A DNA stretch of 63,903 nucleotides, filler included, from Octopus bimaculoides (lineage: Eukaryota): assembly GCF_001194135.2 (NCBI RefSeq). It is 5 parts of 5 records of this genome, joined end to end, with 100 filler letters (N's around TTAATTAATTAA, not from the genome) between each part and the next. Parts side by side here need not be neighbours in the genome. Positions count along the whole stretch, not along the records: positions 1 to 30,975 come from NC_068985.1; 4 more parts are not named here. The stretch is one strand, 5' to 3'. The notes beneath the pieces were generated by a model. That model was not told the origin of the DNA. It saw nothing but the letters and a program-made list of their open reading frames with translations, and made no database searches. The position numbers and the translations under genes were made by a program. Positions 12,900 to 26,124 of the stretch are shown in pieces. Numbering within the stretch: position 1 is the stretch's first letter; each line of letters starts with the position of its first letter.

Positions 12900-14690
12900 T
12901 GACCTGGCTACACCAAGCACAAACAAGGAACCTTGCCCACCACTGCGCAAGACCACCACAGTCAACAGACATGGGATGGCCTCCCCTAACGCCTGCACAG
13001 TCATCACGCCAATATTTTTACTAAATATTGGGGGCCTGTTGCATTATAATAAAAGCAAAATTTCTTTCCTGAGAGACCTTGCTGCATGCAATCAAGCCCT
13101 ATGCATAGCACTTATGGAAACTCACCTCGGCCCTGATATAGAGGATGCAGAAGTACATGTACCAAAATATGTCATACTGCGAACAGACAGAAGGGAAAGG
13201 AGCCATGGTGGAGTTGCTGTATACATCCGTGNNNNNNNNNNGGAGCCATGGTGGAGTTGCTGTATACATCCGTGACAACCTCACACCCCAGGTCTTACTG
13301 TCATACTCAAATTCGGTATGTGACACTCTAATTGTATACATAATACAACATAATATATTCATATGCAATACATATTGCCCATCCGATGCTCCAAACCACA
13401 TAGGAAAATTTGAAGATTGCTTCACTAGAATTAAAGAAATCCTCATGAAATTGGAACACCACGTGACCATATTGCTTATGGGTGATTTAAACTTCCCCAA
13501 CGTCAAATGGCCCGAAGGTCTCATACTCTCAGGAATGACTCATCGCAAGCAAGCACAGGTGGAGTCCCTGCTCAACCTCACCAATGCCCTATTCATGGAG
13601 CAAGCTGTTCTCAGACCAACTAGAGCGAATAACATTCTGGATCTCTGCTTCACGAACAATATGGACATCATTCTTGATGTGAAAGTGACGCCGACATTAG
13701 TCTCGGATCACAACATAATAGAGCTGTCTATGTTTGAGCCGAAAGTAACTAGAGACATACAGCCTAAAGGAAGCACCCGAAATCTCTCCAATCTGAATTT
13801 CCACAAAGTAGACTGGAAATCGATCCAGAAAGAGATCCTCAGAGACGATTGGCCAAAATGTCTCTCCACATCAGACATTGACATGAAACTAGAATGTTTC
13901 ATGTCTATTGTGCAAGCCATATGCCAGAAATATGCCCCAGAGCACAAGGTCAAAACAAATAGGAACAAGATTCCAAGGGAGAGGAAGATCCTCATGAGAC
14001 GACGGACGAAAGTTGCAAATCGACTCAACCAGCATCCCAAAAGTAGCGAAAGGTCCCGCCTAAAAACGACACTGATGGAGATTGAAAAAAGGCTGCAACA
14101 ATCCTATGTGAGGGAGAGAGCAGATCAAGAAGCCTGGGTTATAAAAAAACATTAAGTCAAACTCAAAGGCCTTCTTTCATTACGCGAAAGAAACAGCCTC
14201 AGTACGCTGCAAGATTGGATCCCTCTTCGAAAAGGATGGCTCCCTCACAGACAGTCCAAATAGGATCAGTGAGTTGCTGAATGACCAGTTCAAAAGTGTC
14301 TTCACCACTCCGCTGGAACACAGACAAGTGAACGAACCAGTGGATTTTTTTGCTGCCTCACCTATAACCAGCGAGGCAGTTACGATGGAATACATCGACA
14401 TTAGCGAAGAAGATATACTACTAGCTATAGCTGAAATGGACACAAACTCAACTGCTGATCCTGATGGTTTCCCAGCAATCCTCCTTAAATCGTGGAAGCA
14501 TGCCCTGGCAAAACCCCTCTAGATCTTCTTCCAGAGCTTTCACGCAAATGACAGACTGCCAAGCAAGCTGAAGGAGGGAATAATATGCCCAATCCGTAAA
14601 GGGGGAAGCAGAGTAGATGCCAAAAACTATAGGCCTATCTCTCTGACTTCACACATCAGCAAAGTCATGGAAAGGATAGTCAGAGGAAAA
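12900..14690 (+). mobile_element. CR1/L2-like LINE ORF2 fragment (APE endonuclease plus start of RT), disrupted
   Basis: ALMETHL, HGGVAVYI, LMGDLNFP, PTRANNILDL, SDHN, PDGFPA, KNYRPISLTSHISKVMERIV. Frameshift near 14155 and stop near 14520. Confidence 0.9.
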
Positions 14691-14700
14691 NNNNNNNNNN

Positions 14701-14754
<54 letters not shown>

Positions 14755-14763
14755 TTTGCATGC

Positions 14764-14905
14764 GTGTGGGCACTTGGCCGAGTAAGAGTGTTACACTTAT
14801 AATCATCAGATCGTAATTTCGATTCCCGGACCGTGCGGTGGGGTATATGTTTGAGGAAAACACTTAATCTCACATTGCTCTGCGATTACTCTGCACTTGC
14901 ACAGG
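14764..14905 (+). mobile_element. Degenerate SINE family C head
   Basis: Similar to the head of 8835-9138. Confidence 0.5.
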
Positions 14906-15004
14906 CAATGCGCATGTCTAGTCATATCTCCCCCCTCTCTCTCTCTATCTGTCTGTAAATACATACATGCATATATGTAAACATATAGGCGAGGGTATGT
15001 GATA

Positions 15005-15124
15005 GGAAGCTTGCTTCTGGGTTGAATCCCACTTCGTGGCATCTTGAAAATGTGTCTCCTACTGTAGCCTCGGACCGACGAAAACCTTGTGAGTGGATAT
15101 GGTAGACAACTGGAATAATCCCGT

Positions 15125-15164
<40 letters not shown>

Positions 15165-15377
15165 CGTGTGTGTGTGTGTTTTGTGTATGCTTGTCCTGTA
15201 CCACCGCTTGACATCCGGTGCTGGTGTTTATTAACCGAGCGCTTCGACAAAAGGGACGGATAGAACAAGTACTAGGCTTAAAATATAGGACTGTAATCGA
15301 TTCATTCAACAAAAAGTTCTTCAAGGCGATGCCCCAGTATGGCCGCAGTCTAATGACTGAAACAAGTAAAAGACAAA

Positions 15378-15430
<53 letters not shown>

Positions 15431-15645
15431 CGTGTGTGTGTGTGTTTTGTGTATGCTTGTCCTGTACCACCGCTTGACATCCGGTGCTGGTGTTTATTAA
15501 CCGAGCGCTTCGACAAAAGGGACGGATAGAACAAGTACTAGGCTTAAAATATAGGACTGTAATCGATTCATTCAACAAAAAGTTCTTCAAGGCGATGCCC
15601 CAGTATGGCCGCAGTCTAATGACTGAAACAAGTAAAAGACAAAAG

Positions 15646-15646
<1 letters not shown>
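15005..15646 (+). mobile_element. SINE family B with its 3' half (220 bp) tandemly duplicated between (TA)n arrays
   Basis: 15161-15380 appears identical to 15427-15646. Confidence 0.85.
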
Positions 15647-15677
<31 letters not shown>

Positions 15678-16344
15678 AAATGCATACACACACGCGCACA
15701 CACATACACATACATATATATAATTACGCTAAAATTGAACTTGTCTGAAATTATATCAAAATTAGTCAAAGCTATTCCAAACGAGCCAAGGTTGATCTTC
15801 CCATTCACTCTTATGGCCACGATAAAATAAATGTTAAACTTATACTAGTATCGAGACAGCAAGTGACTGCATCACCATTTCAAATATGCAGCTTTGTACC
15901 ATTGTAAGAAATCAATAATACCAAAGTGTGTTACGGTTGGAATTACAATAAACTTACTTATTTGTGAAATCAGGTTTGCTGTTCACGTCATGCTACTGGC
16001 TCCCATTTTGTAGCAATGAGACATGTTTTTATATTTCTAATAACTGTGATACTTTTTAATATATGCAGTCTCAAAATGGCAGTGAAATGTTGGAAACGGT
16101 AATGTTTCACACTGGAATTCTTAGGAGATATCTAATTTCGTCTCCTCTTCTTAGAAGATAGAGTACCTTGTCAGCTTTGCCATACTATTAATTTGTGTGT
16201 GAATCAGTTTACAACACTTTTTCCCCGACAAATTTGTGGCCTTGAGCTAAAACAGAAAATCGTCATCATCCTTATTAATGTTTAGACGGCAAGCTGGCAG
16301 AATTGTTAGAGAGTCGGACAAAATATTTAGCGGCNNNNNNNNNN

Positions 16345-16418
<74 letters not shown>

Positions 16419-16419
16419 G

Positions 16420-17055
16420 TGTGTGACGGAAACTCAGCTTATTTTGCTGGGTATGATGGAAAGTATCAGCTGTCTATAGCCAGCAGACTAAGTGACACTT
16501 GCTTACTGGTCATGCTTCAAGAACCTTGCGAAGAATTCTTACATTTCCAAGCAATGCTGATTTTTGTTGGTGTTCTACCTTTACACTTGCACCAATCTTT
16601 TCCAGCCATGTTGGTAGTTGAATGCAAATACTTTCAAACGCGCCAATCACTATTGGTATCACGTCTACTCTTTTCACTGGCCACAACCTTCGTATTTCCC
16701 ACTTCAGATCGTCATAATTGTTTATTTTTTCTTTTTCTTTCTCATTGATCCTGTTGTCACCGGGGCATGCTGTGTCGATTACCATGCATGTTCTATCTTT
16801 TTTATCCACCATAACAATGTCCAGTTTCCGATATCTGGTCAGGTGATCGCACTGAATCATTTTTGCAAAATGAGGATTTTGCAATTCTCATGCTCGGTGA
16901 CTCCTTCTGGGATTTGCTCATACCACGTCTTTACTCTTTGGAGGCTGTGATTTCCACAGAGCTCCCAGTGGATCATTCTTGCCAAATTGTCATGACATCT
17001 TTTGTATTCGTGTCGTGCTATACCGTTTCACCCCTCTCACCACACATTCTGCATT
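16420..17055 (-). mobile_element. RLE-type non-LTR retrotransposon 3' end (R4/Dong-like), copy 1
   Basis: CRMCGERGETV.H zinc knuckle, HDNLARMIHWELC, and endonuclease motif RKLDIVMVDKKDRTCMVIDTACP...KEKINNY. Followed by a (TAA)n tail. Confidence 0.85.
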
Positions 17056-17075
17056 TGATTATTATCATCATCATC

Positions 17076-17119
<44 letters not shown>

Positions 17120-17120
17120 T

Positions 17121-17700
17121 CATTAGTTTTATTTTTATTACATGTTTTCACTGCATTACCGAGCGCAGCTCTGAGTGTTCTGGGTATACTGTGTTGTTAT
17201 TAGGGCTGTTATGCTATTGTTATTTCTTCTGTATTGAAAGTGTTCTATGTAGGATGGATGCAGTGCCTAGTAGGACTATCTTCTGTTTCTTATATATATT
17301 CGTAAGTCCTAGTGTTTTGGTTGTGTACTTGTCTCTATGTTTTTGACCATACTTAAAGCACCAGTTTTTATAGGGATTACGTTTGTCTTCGAGCTCCACG
17401 TCCGGGCTGTCTCGGTTTCCAGATGTTTGATTTTTGGGAGTTTCTCCATTTTTTTACTTTAGAGATACATAGTCATTTGTTGGGACTGGTACGTCGATTA
17501 GAAGGCGTTGTTTGTTCTTGGTTGTCCTTGTCAACAATATCTAGCCTGTTAATCTTGATCTCCCTATCTGTGTGTATTGACATAACCCAGAGTATGGTTG
17601 TTTTGTCGTTTTTTTAAACCTTTACTAGGATTTTGCTAGTCTTCAACTTCACCTCTCTCTGCGGTTAGTGCTCATACCATGTCATGCCTCTCCCTAGCCC
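17121..17700 (-). mobile_element. RLE-type non-LTR retrotransposon 3' end (R4/Dong-like), a distinct copy 2, frameshifted
   Basis: TILWVMSIHTDREIKINRLDIVDKD ... QKIVLLGTASILHRTLS. Bounded by AAT/ATT arrays. Confidence 0.75.
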
Positions 17701-17703
17701 GCA

Positions 17704-17762
<59 letters not shown>

Positions 17763-18740
17763 CATCATTATTATTATTATTATTAGTAGTAGTAGTATTG
17801 TTATTATTATTATTAACAATGTAACAGCATATTTTCCAACTTTTCTCAACCCCCCCCCCCCAACAAAAAAATAAAGTACATCGTCAGACAAAGCGCCGTA
17901 CAATATCCAGCGTTGTTTCTTTATATTCTAATTTTAAATCCCACCAAGACAGATTTTGCCTTTCATCTATTCTGTGTCAATAAAATACGTACCAGCAATA
18001 ATATACAATATTTGGCGTCGTCATAATCATCCTTTCTGAATAAAAATTGAGTATAGTAGTTTTATGTCTAAACAAATCAATATCTGTAATTTAAAAGAAT
18101 GAAGACTAGAAGCAACTATATGTCTTACTTTCAAGATCTAGTCGTGTGCTCAAGTCGGAAATGAATATTTATTATTTAATGATCATAACTGTTTCTCTCC
18201 ACCAGTCAAACAATGATTTACCTCTACTTAATGCCAGATGGAAGAAACTAAATTCTTGGGTAAACAACGAACGCTAGAGATTTCAGAAGGAAATAAGAGA
18301 AAATTATTTTAACTTACAGCCACGAATCATAAATTGTATTCCGCACAAAGAATGAAAATATTGCAACCACATCAAGCTCTACACTAATTGTACTAACTAC
18401 ATTGCAATGCTGTTTTACATTACCAGACGATACTAACCAGCAGTAAACTTCATTATTTCACAAAACGTCGTTGAATAAGAAACGTCTATAATATCTCAGG
18501 GCTGCCAACTCGAAATTTCATACATGCATAATTCAAACACATACACACGTGTGTATATGTGTGTGTGTGTGTGTGCACCTATCTATCTATGTGTCTGTCT
18601 GTCGGTGCATGTATGTATGTATGTATCTAGCTATCTATCAATGTATGTATGTATATATGTATGTAATAATACAAATAATATGTGAGTATATGCATATATA
18701 CATACATTTATTACATACCTACATCTACATTTATATATAG

Positions 18741-18915
18741 ATGCATATCTGGGTACAGGACGTTACAACAAAACGTGGACAAAATGAGAAACAGAACATA
18801 AACAGAGCATAGAAAACACACAAGCCACATAGAGAACATTTCCTTCCTCAGCTGCCACCATTCTAAAACTAAGCGTTTCGAAGAGTTAGGGCAGGACGCA
18901 TTGTTAGAATGGCTC
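18741..18915 (-). repeat. Interspersed repeat family with GAAAC...CTGAGGAAGG motif; second copy at 56520-56660 (+)
   Basis: Both copies share a CTGA(T/G)GAAGG...ACGTCCTGTACCCA segment. Confidence 0.55.
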
Positions 18916-19002
18916 TTAAATTTGTAACGCGGAGGAATGTAGTGGCGAACAGAAAACAAGACAGGAAAACGATGCATGTATGTATGTATGTATGTATGTA
19001 TG

Positions 19003-19069
<67 letters not shown>

Positions 19070-19409
19070 ATATCACACACACATTTATATAACACTAGAG
19101 CATTCAGTTTTAAAATCAAAGCCATATAATTGAAGCAAGGTACATGTAGTATATACGTACCCTCTTCATAGTTGTCTCATAAAAATCGAGCGTTTATATT
19201 AAAATGAATTCATATGTTACGTATGTATTGCATGATTCGCATTTATACAGGAAAGCCCCCCCTCCCCACGCGCGTGCGCACATACATTACTATATATGTA
19301 TATGTCGCAATGTAAAAGTTGTAAAATACATTAAAGAACTATGTATTAAGCCGTGAAAATATTGTCTGATATATAACTAAATACACTGGAAAGTGTGGGT
19401 AGGTATACC

Positions 19410-19620
19410 TACTGTCTTGGTTTCAAAGTCTGGCACAAGGCCAGCAATTGCAGTGGAAAGATGTAAGTCGGTTACATCGAACCTAGTGCTCAACTTCTAC
19501 TTATTTTATTGACCTCGAAAGGATGAAAGACAAAGTCGATCTCGGTGGAATTTGAAACGTATAGACGAAGAAATGCCGCTCAGCATTTTGCCCAGCGTGC
19601 TAACGATTCTGCCAACTAAC
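19410..19620 (-). mobile_element. tRNA-derived SINE family A
   Basis: Core GTCGACTTTGCCTTTCATCCTTTCGGGGTCGATAAA on the minus strand. Confidence 0.75.
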
Positions 19621-19761
19621 CGACTCAGGTATACTTATTATACTAAAAGTGGGCAGTCTTCTCAGAGTTTAGCCCCAGGCAAGTCTGTTCATACAGAGTA
19701 CTCTGTGTAAACTCTCAGCTTCTGATATAAATCCATACACACNNNNNNNNNNNNNNNNNNN

Positions 19762-19829
<68 letters not shown>

Positions 19830-21439
19830 GGATATACATTCACACACACACACACACACACACACAGAGTCACTTTTGTGTATGCGGTTATATAAATATG
19901 TGTATACTCATGTATACATACGTGTATATATGTATACATACGTGTATATATGTATGCATATATATATATAACTACACAAGTGCGCACACAGTTATATCAT
20001 AAATCAATTCATGGCATATCAGGTATTAGAGGTATGTACCAGCAGATGATTGCTTCTACAGACTTTTGGAGATGGCGAACGATGATTGTAAAATTTCAGC
20101 CTGTTTCAAGGAATAACTGCAACGGGGATTCGAAACTGATTCGTAAATTCAATTCGCTAGGGGTTTTTCTATCTACTTTATAACGCATAGGCACGCACAA
20201 AATGCGTATAAAATATTAATACACACACATACACATATAAACATTCACACACACACATTCTTTAAGTCTGTGGCTGAGAGCCAGAGATTGTCGAGTTGAT
20301 AAGTAGCTGGAGATATAGCCCAAGGCTGAACGGTTCGTGGCCTGTTAAAGGCGCTGGTCAAGACGCTTAGCTGTGAACGACAAAGTCCACTTAACTTTAA
20401 GTAGATATTTTGGGTGGATATCATTCATAGCTGTAACCTGAGGTGACACCGTGGAAGTGAATATTTTATGACCACACAGTACTGAGTTCAATTCCTTTCA
20501 CAAGAAGGAAAAAAATAAATAAAAGAAAAAGGAATTCACCAGCGACAGACTGGAATCCTAACCCGCAAGGAGTGGGATTTAGTTTTAATCCGCTTAACGC
20601 TATACTGATATCGCTGTTGAAAATGACCCTATGATTCCTAGTGATATGGAAAGTATTAGCTTAAGAATATAACTGTTTGCAACAACAAGAACAAGAACAA
20701 GAATAGCAACAGTATCAGTAACAAAAACAACAATAACAACAACTTCAACAACTACAACAAACCTCACCAGCATATATCCGATGGTTGAATAAATAAAATC
20801 CGAGTTGTCAATTGGGATTGATTGAGCCTCTTAAATGTTTGTTTTTCTCTATGTCTTCTCAGTGTTTATAGATTATGCTTTATCGACGAAATCATGCTGA
20901 CATCGTTCAACGACAAACGGTTATGAAATCTGAAAAAAAAAAAAGTGAAATATAATTTCAAAAAAAAAAGAAAAAAAAGTATAGCCTATATTAAATAGTC
21001 AGGATTTTCATAAATCAAAGCTGATTGTCTAAAGTAGGTTAATGATATTAATAGACACAGACGAATAAACTAAGTTTTCAATTTAATCCTCTCAAATATT
21101 TTAAAGTAGGATGTAATGACATAAGTGTAACCGTTGAAGGTCACCGTGACCTAACTGATAACGAAAGTAATACATTTGCGAGATATTGTTCAAATATGTG
21201 CAGGTGAAAAGATATATAAATAGGATATTCACCTATCTTATGCACGAAGGGGCAGCAAATAATCGCATTGTCAGTTGGTCAATCTTCCTTAGCAATAATT
21301 AATCACATACAATAATATCCGTTCATCCGTATATTTCACCCATTATTCCTGGGAGAGTCGTGGTGGTGGTGGTGGGGGAATCTTTATGCACCCGAGGGTC
21401 CTACCAGAAGCAGCCGTCATTACAATAATCCTTTCTACT

Positions 21440-21605
21440 TTTTTACCCGAATCACAAGGCCTGAAATTTTGGGAGAAGGTCGAGTCAATCCCAGCGCCCA
21501 ACTGCTTCTTATTTTATCGACTTCGAAAAAACGAAAGACAAGTTCGACATCGGTGAAATTCGAACTACAGAGCGTAAAAACGGACGAAATGCCGCTAAGC
21601 ATTAC
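21440..21605 (-). mobile_element. SINE family A, degenerate
   Basis: Same core and tail as other family A copies. Confidence 0.6.
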
Positions 21606-21631
21606 AACAATAAAGAATATAATATAATATA

Positions 21632-21777
21632 TACTGTATTTGCCGTTGTACAAGAAGCAATCTCATATAAGACTCACTCCTACATTTTTGTGGAGGGTCG
21701 CGTTAGGTGCATGGCAGGTTTTTGTTACAGTTTAAAATAAAAAAAAAGGCGCGTCTTATACACCTGCATGCACGGTA
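21632..21777. mobile_element. Tc1/mariner-superfamily-like MITE
   Basis: Imperfect TIRs TACTGTATTTGCCGTTGTACAAGAAGC / GCGTCTTATACACCTGCATGCACGGTA, TA-bounded. Confidence 0.55.
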
Positions 21778-22234
21778 ATATAATACGATATGATATAATA
21801 TAATATAATATAATATATTATAGTATATAATATGATATATTATAATATAATATAATATGATGTAAGAAATAAAACCCAACTGCATGGACTTTGATGATCA
21901 GTGGTATCTATCAACGAATGATAATCTTCACGGATACGTGAAGTAGAGTTACGACATTCATGTCTTCTGCTTTGTCATTCGAAGAGCAGATGAAATAGTT
22001 CCGTTCGGGAAACGAAGTTAGTTTGTAGTTTAAGTTTGGCAAGAATTTAGCATTATGGAACGGCGGTTTCCCGTCGAGGAGTTATGTTATACATGTATAC
22101 TCGCTGAAGGATAGCTGACCAAGACACATTGATTTTGACACAAACGCTCACAATGCAGATCATTCATATATGCTATTGACACTGAAGTATAAGCAACTCA
22201 CAGTCACAAGTATAACCACTGTGACACACACACA

Positions 22235-22271
<37 letters not shown>

Positions 22272-22565
22272 CATAACTATCTGCGAGATGAAAACAACAA
22301 ACATACTCCTATCTACACTGGATATCCTAACCTTGGCATTGATACTTTCTACAGACTATCGGTTGTTTGATTAGTGGTTCATTAAAAAAAACACCTCTCT
22401 ACTCTACACACTATTGTGGACTGCATATACATGCAATTATGGACTGCAGATACTGCAGATATGCATAAATGGATTATATAGTCAGAGAATACACTATGTA
22501 TATGGAATTGTTTGTTTTTCATTATTAAATTAAATAAAGAAATCATTATTATATTGTATAACTCG

Positions 22566-23000
22566 AAGGCGGCGAGCTGGCAGAATCGTTAGCACGCCGG
22601 GCGAAATACTTCGCGGTATTTCGTCTGCCGTTACGTTCTGAGTTCAAATTCCGCCGAGGTCGACTTTAGCTTTCATCCTTTCGGGGGGCCGATAAATTAG
22701 GTACCAGTTAAGCACTGTGGTCGATGTAATCGACTTAATCTCTTTGTCTGTCCTTGTTTGTCTCCTCTATGTTTAGTCCCTTGTGGGCAATAAAGAAATA
22801 AGAAACGTTAGCACGCCGCGCGAAGTGCTTAGCGGTATTTCGTCTGCCGCTACGTTCTGAGTTCAAATGCCGCCGAGGTCGACTTTGTCTTTCATCCTTT
22901 CGGGGGTCGATAAATTAAGTACCAGTTGCGTACTGGAGGCGATCTAATCGACTAGCCCCCTCCTCCAAAATTTCGGGCATTGTGCCTAGAGTAGAAAAGA
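22566..23000 (+). mobile_element. Two head-to-tail SINE family A copies with different 3' tails
   Basis: A box TGGCAGAATCG and B box GAGTTCAAATTCC. Tails TGTCCTTGTTTG...AATAAAG versus AATTTCGGGC..GTGCCTAGAGTAG. Confidence 0.85.
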
Positions 23001-23781
23001 TTATTAATTTGTGTAATATTACTTGCCAGGTCTTCTGATACATAACATTCTTGTATCTGTGTGTCCGATTTATCTATGTGTACTTACATGGCTGTGTATC
23101 AACGAACAATTGTATATACGTATGTGCCTATTCTTATACATTTAGATGGATGTGGAAGTATCTATGTACAGAAATGTGTTTAAGTGTATGTGTGAGCGTA
23201 TTAATCCACGAAGATGCGCCTATAGACGTATGTAAACGTGCTTATGTATACATATAGATATATATGCAGGGATGTGTGCGTACGTATACATATATATATA
23301 TATATATACGCAGGGACTGTGTGAATATATGCGTGCGAATACGTATGAGAATATGTCTATCTTTATGTCGGTTTTTATGAGAATACAAAAGCCATAAAGA
23401 TACGCGACCCAGATCCAGTAGAGCACAGCACAGCATGTTTCACTCCTCACCAAGCGGTATGGTCTCTCTGGCTATTAACTGGCACCGACTTTAATAACAC
23501 CTACTTAACTGCATGTGTATACGCGCCAGACCACACGTATGTGTGCGTTTGTACTTGCGTGGGTGTTTATACGAGCATGTGTACGCGCGTCTGACCACGA
23601 ATGTGTGTATGTTTGCATATACATATCTATTAACGATTATATGTAATAATTTTTTTCGCTTTATTGTAAATTTGTTTCTTCTTGTATTTGTTCTTTGTCA
23701 TTAATTTTCTATGTAAATGAACCGATATCTGTCAACTGGTCATTTCTACCTGCGAAACCCAAGAAGTAAACATACAGTAAT

Positions 23782-24093
23782 ATGTTGTGCGAAACAGTTT
23801 ATTTTAACGAGATATTTCTTGAAAATCACCTGAGGAGACACATCTGCACCAAGGGATGCACCTTAACAAGTTGTACATCAAAACTAAAGACTGGGAGCAG
23901 AAGTCGCGGTGGAAGTAGAAGGCGAAGTGGGAGCAGAAGCCGCGGTGGGAGCACAAGGTGAGGTAGGGGCAGAAGGAGAGATGGGAGCAGAAGCTGCGGT
24001 GGGAGCAGACGGCCTGGTGGAAGCAGAAGGTGCGATGGAAGGAGAAGGCGATGTGGGAGCAGAAAGTGCGGTGGGAGCAGAAGGCGCTGGTAG
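23782..24093 (+). pseudogene. Decayed C2H2 zinc finger fused in frame to an Arg/Ser/Gly-rich hexapeptide repeat; one internal TGA at 23959-23961
   Basis: MLCETVYFNEIFLENHLRRH matches C-x3-Y-x5-L-x2-H-x3-H. The frame continues GSRSRG GSRRRS GSRSRG GSTR*G... Confidence 0.4.
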
Positions 24094-24100
24094 GGGAGAA
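23891..24100. repeat. GC-rich 18-bp minisatellite, 11+ units, no indels
   Basis: Consensus GTGGGAGCAGAAG(G/C)(C/T)G(C/A)G with exact 18-nt periodicity. Confidence 0.95.
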
Positions 24101-24282
24101 TGATGGGCAACGGTCCACAGGGATGGAAGGCACGTGAAATCAACAGAATACAGCCTACACTATCTCTCAACATCACTAAAGTTACTTCGCTGCGCGGATT
24201 GGATTAACTTAGAAGACCCGACTCGACTACATTAGGATAACTAGATTTACTTCGTCGGATCGACAGATCAGAGCAGGACACT

Positions 24283-24328
<46 letters not shown>

Positions 24329-24818
24329 TGCGCACACACACACNNNNNNNNNNNNNNNNNNNNNNNNNNNNNNNNNNNNNNNNNNNNNNNNNNNNNNNNN
24401 NNNNNNNNNNNNNNNNNNNNNNNNNNNNNNNNNNNNNNNNNNNNNNNNNNNNNNNNNNNNNNNNNNNNNNNNNNNNNNNNNNNNNNNNNNNNNNNNNNNN
24501 NNNNNNNNNNNNNNNNNNNNNNNNNNNNNNNNNNNNNNNNNNNNNNNNNNNNNNNNNNNNNNNNNNNNNNNNNNNNNNNNNNNNNNNNNNNNNNNNNNNN
24601 NNNNNNNNNNNNNNNNNNNNNNNNNNNNNNNNNNNNNNNNNNNNNNNNNNNNNNNNNNNNNNNNNNNNNNNNNNNNNNNNNNNNNNNNNNNNNNNNNNNN
24701 NNNNNNNNNNNNNNNNNNNNNNNNNNNNNNNNNNNNNNNNNNNNNNNNNNNNNNNNNNNNNNNNNNNNNNNNNNNNNNNNNNNNNNNNNNNNNNNNNNNN
24801 NNNNNNNNNNNNNNNNNN

Positions 24819-24849
<31 letters not shown>

Positions 24850-24937
24850 CATATATATATATATATATATAGTAAAAGCGCTTATTATCCTCTATAGTCT
24901 TACTTAAAGTCTAATATATATATATATGTATATATGC

Positions 24938-24990
<53 letters not shown>

Positions 24991-25679
24991 CGTGCGTGTG
25001 TATGTGTGTGTGTGTGTGTATCCGTATCAAATTATAATTCCGAGATACTATGGTTCTGAAATTCCTTACCCAGCGTTAAACCTAGTAGTGTAGAATTAAT
25101 TATATTGATCAAGGTATATATAACTAAATGCTTTCAATGGATATATAACTAAATACTTTCAATGGATTTGAACTCAAGACGTATATTACTAGATGTAATC
25201 TAATCGCTTATATTCTGGGCTATTTTTCCACATATGAAAATATGGCAACATAAAAACTGACAGCAAATCAGTGAGTAGTTTACGTATCTATGAAACGTCA
25301 CTATGACGTATTCATGATACGTCACTGTGACGTAGTATATGTCATTCACGAGTCTATCCACAAGCAGATCTCTCTCTTTCTTCTCTCTCTGCATACATAC
25401 AAAATATGTGTATGAAAGCGTATGTGTGTGTATAATCAACTGCAATACTATTTAGGGCTCTATGTAGGGAACATCATAAGCAAAAACTAAGCTCTTGGAG
25501 AGTTGTGCAGTGCATTTTATCAATTTCGATGATCGTTTGATGATGCTATTTCACTTTAATTATGTTGTTAAAGTTATCGGAAAAACTTACTCTCGTGTCA
25601 AGAACAAAGACAAACATTTTTGGCGAAGAATTTCTGGAGCCCAGATATAATGTTTAGCCTATGTAATTACACTTCATTT

Positions 25680-25965
25680 ACGGCTAGGTTTAGTCCTACT
25701 GCATATCAGTCAGGGCAAGTGTCTTCTACTTTAGCACGGGCCGACCAATGACTTGTACCGTTGTGTTTCTGTTTGTTCCCCATGCCGTTTGACAACCAGC
25801 CTTGATTTGTTTACAACCCCGTAAAATAGCAGTTCGGCAAAAAAGACCGATAGAATAAGTACAAGAGTTAAAAGATAAGTGTTGGGGTCAATTTATTGGA
25901 CTGAAACTCTGTTTTTCCAGGCGGTGACCTAGCAAGGCCGTAGTCCAATGACTGAAAGTAAAAAA
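25680..25965 (+). mobile_element. SINE family B, degenerate
   Basis: GGGCAAGTGTCTTCTAC...GGGCCGACCAA...GACTGAAAGTAAAA. Confidence 0.6.
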
Positions 25966-26124
25966 AAGTTAAGACACCAGGGTTCTTAATCTATATTAAA
26001 CTAATCATTCACAGAAATCTAGCACAGACGGATATCCAATCCATTTACGAAGAGTTGTTCCCGACCGACCCTGGTCAGTCGAAACATATATTCGGTTATC
26101 TTAAGTACTATTTTAAATAGGATA

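Noticed and set aside
13202-13272. ~30-bp direct repeat across a 10-N gap in the CR1 element
   Set aside because: Unmerged overlapping contig ends; it creates a false frameshift.
18840-18885. GAAAC...CTGAGGAAGG as a permuted hammerhead (also 56541)
   Set aside because: I could not build canonical stems in any topology; kept only as a repeat family.
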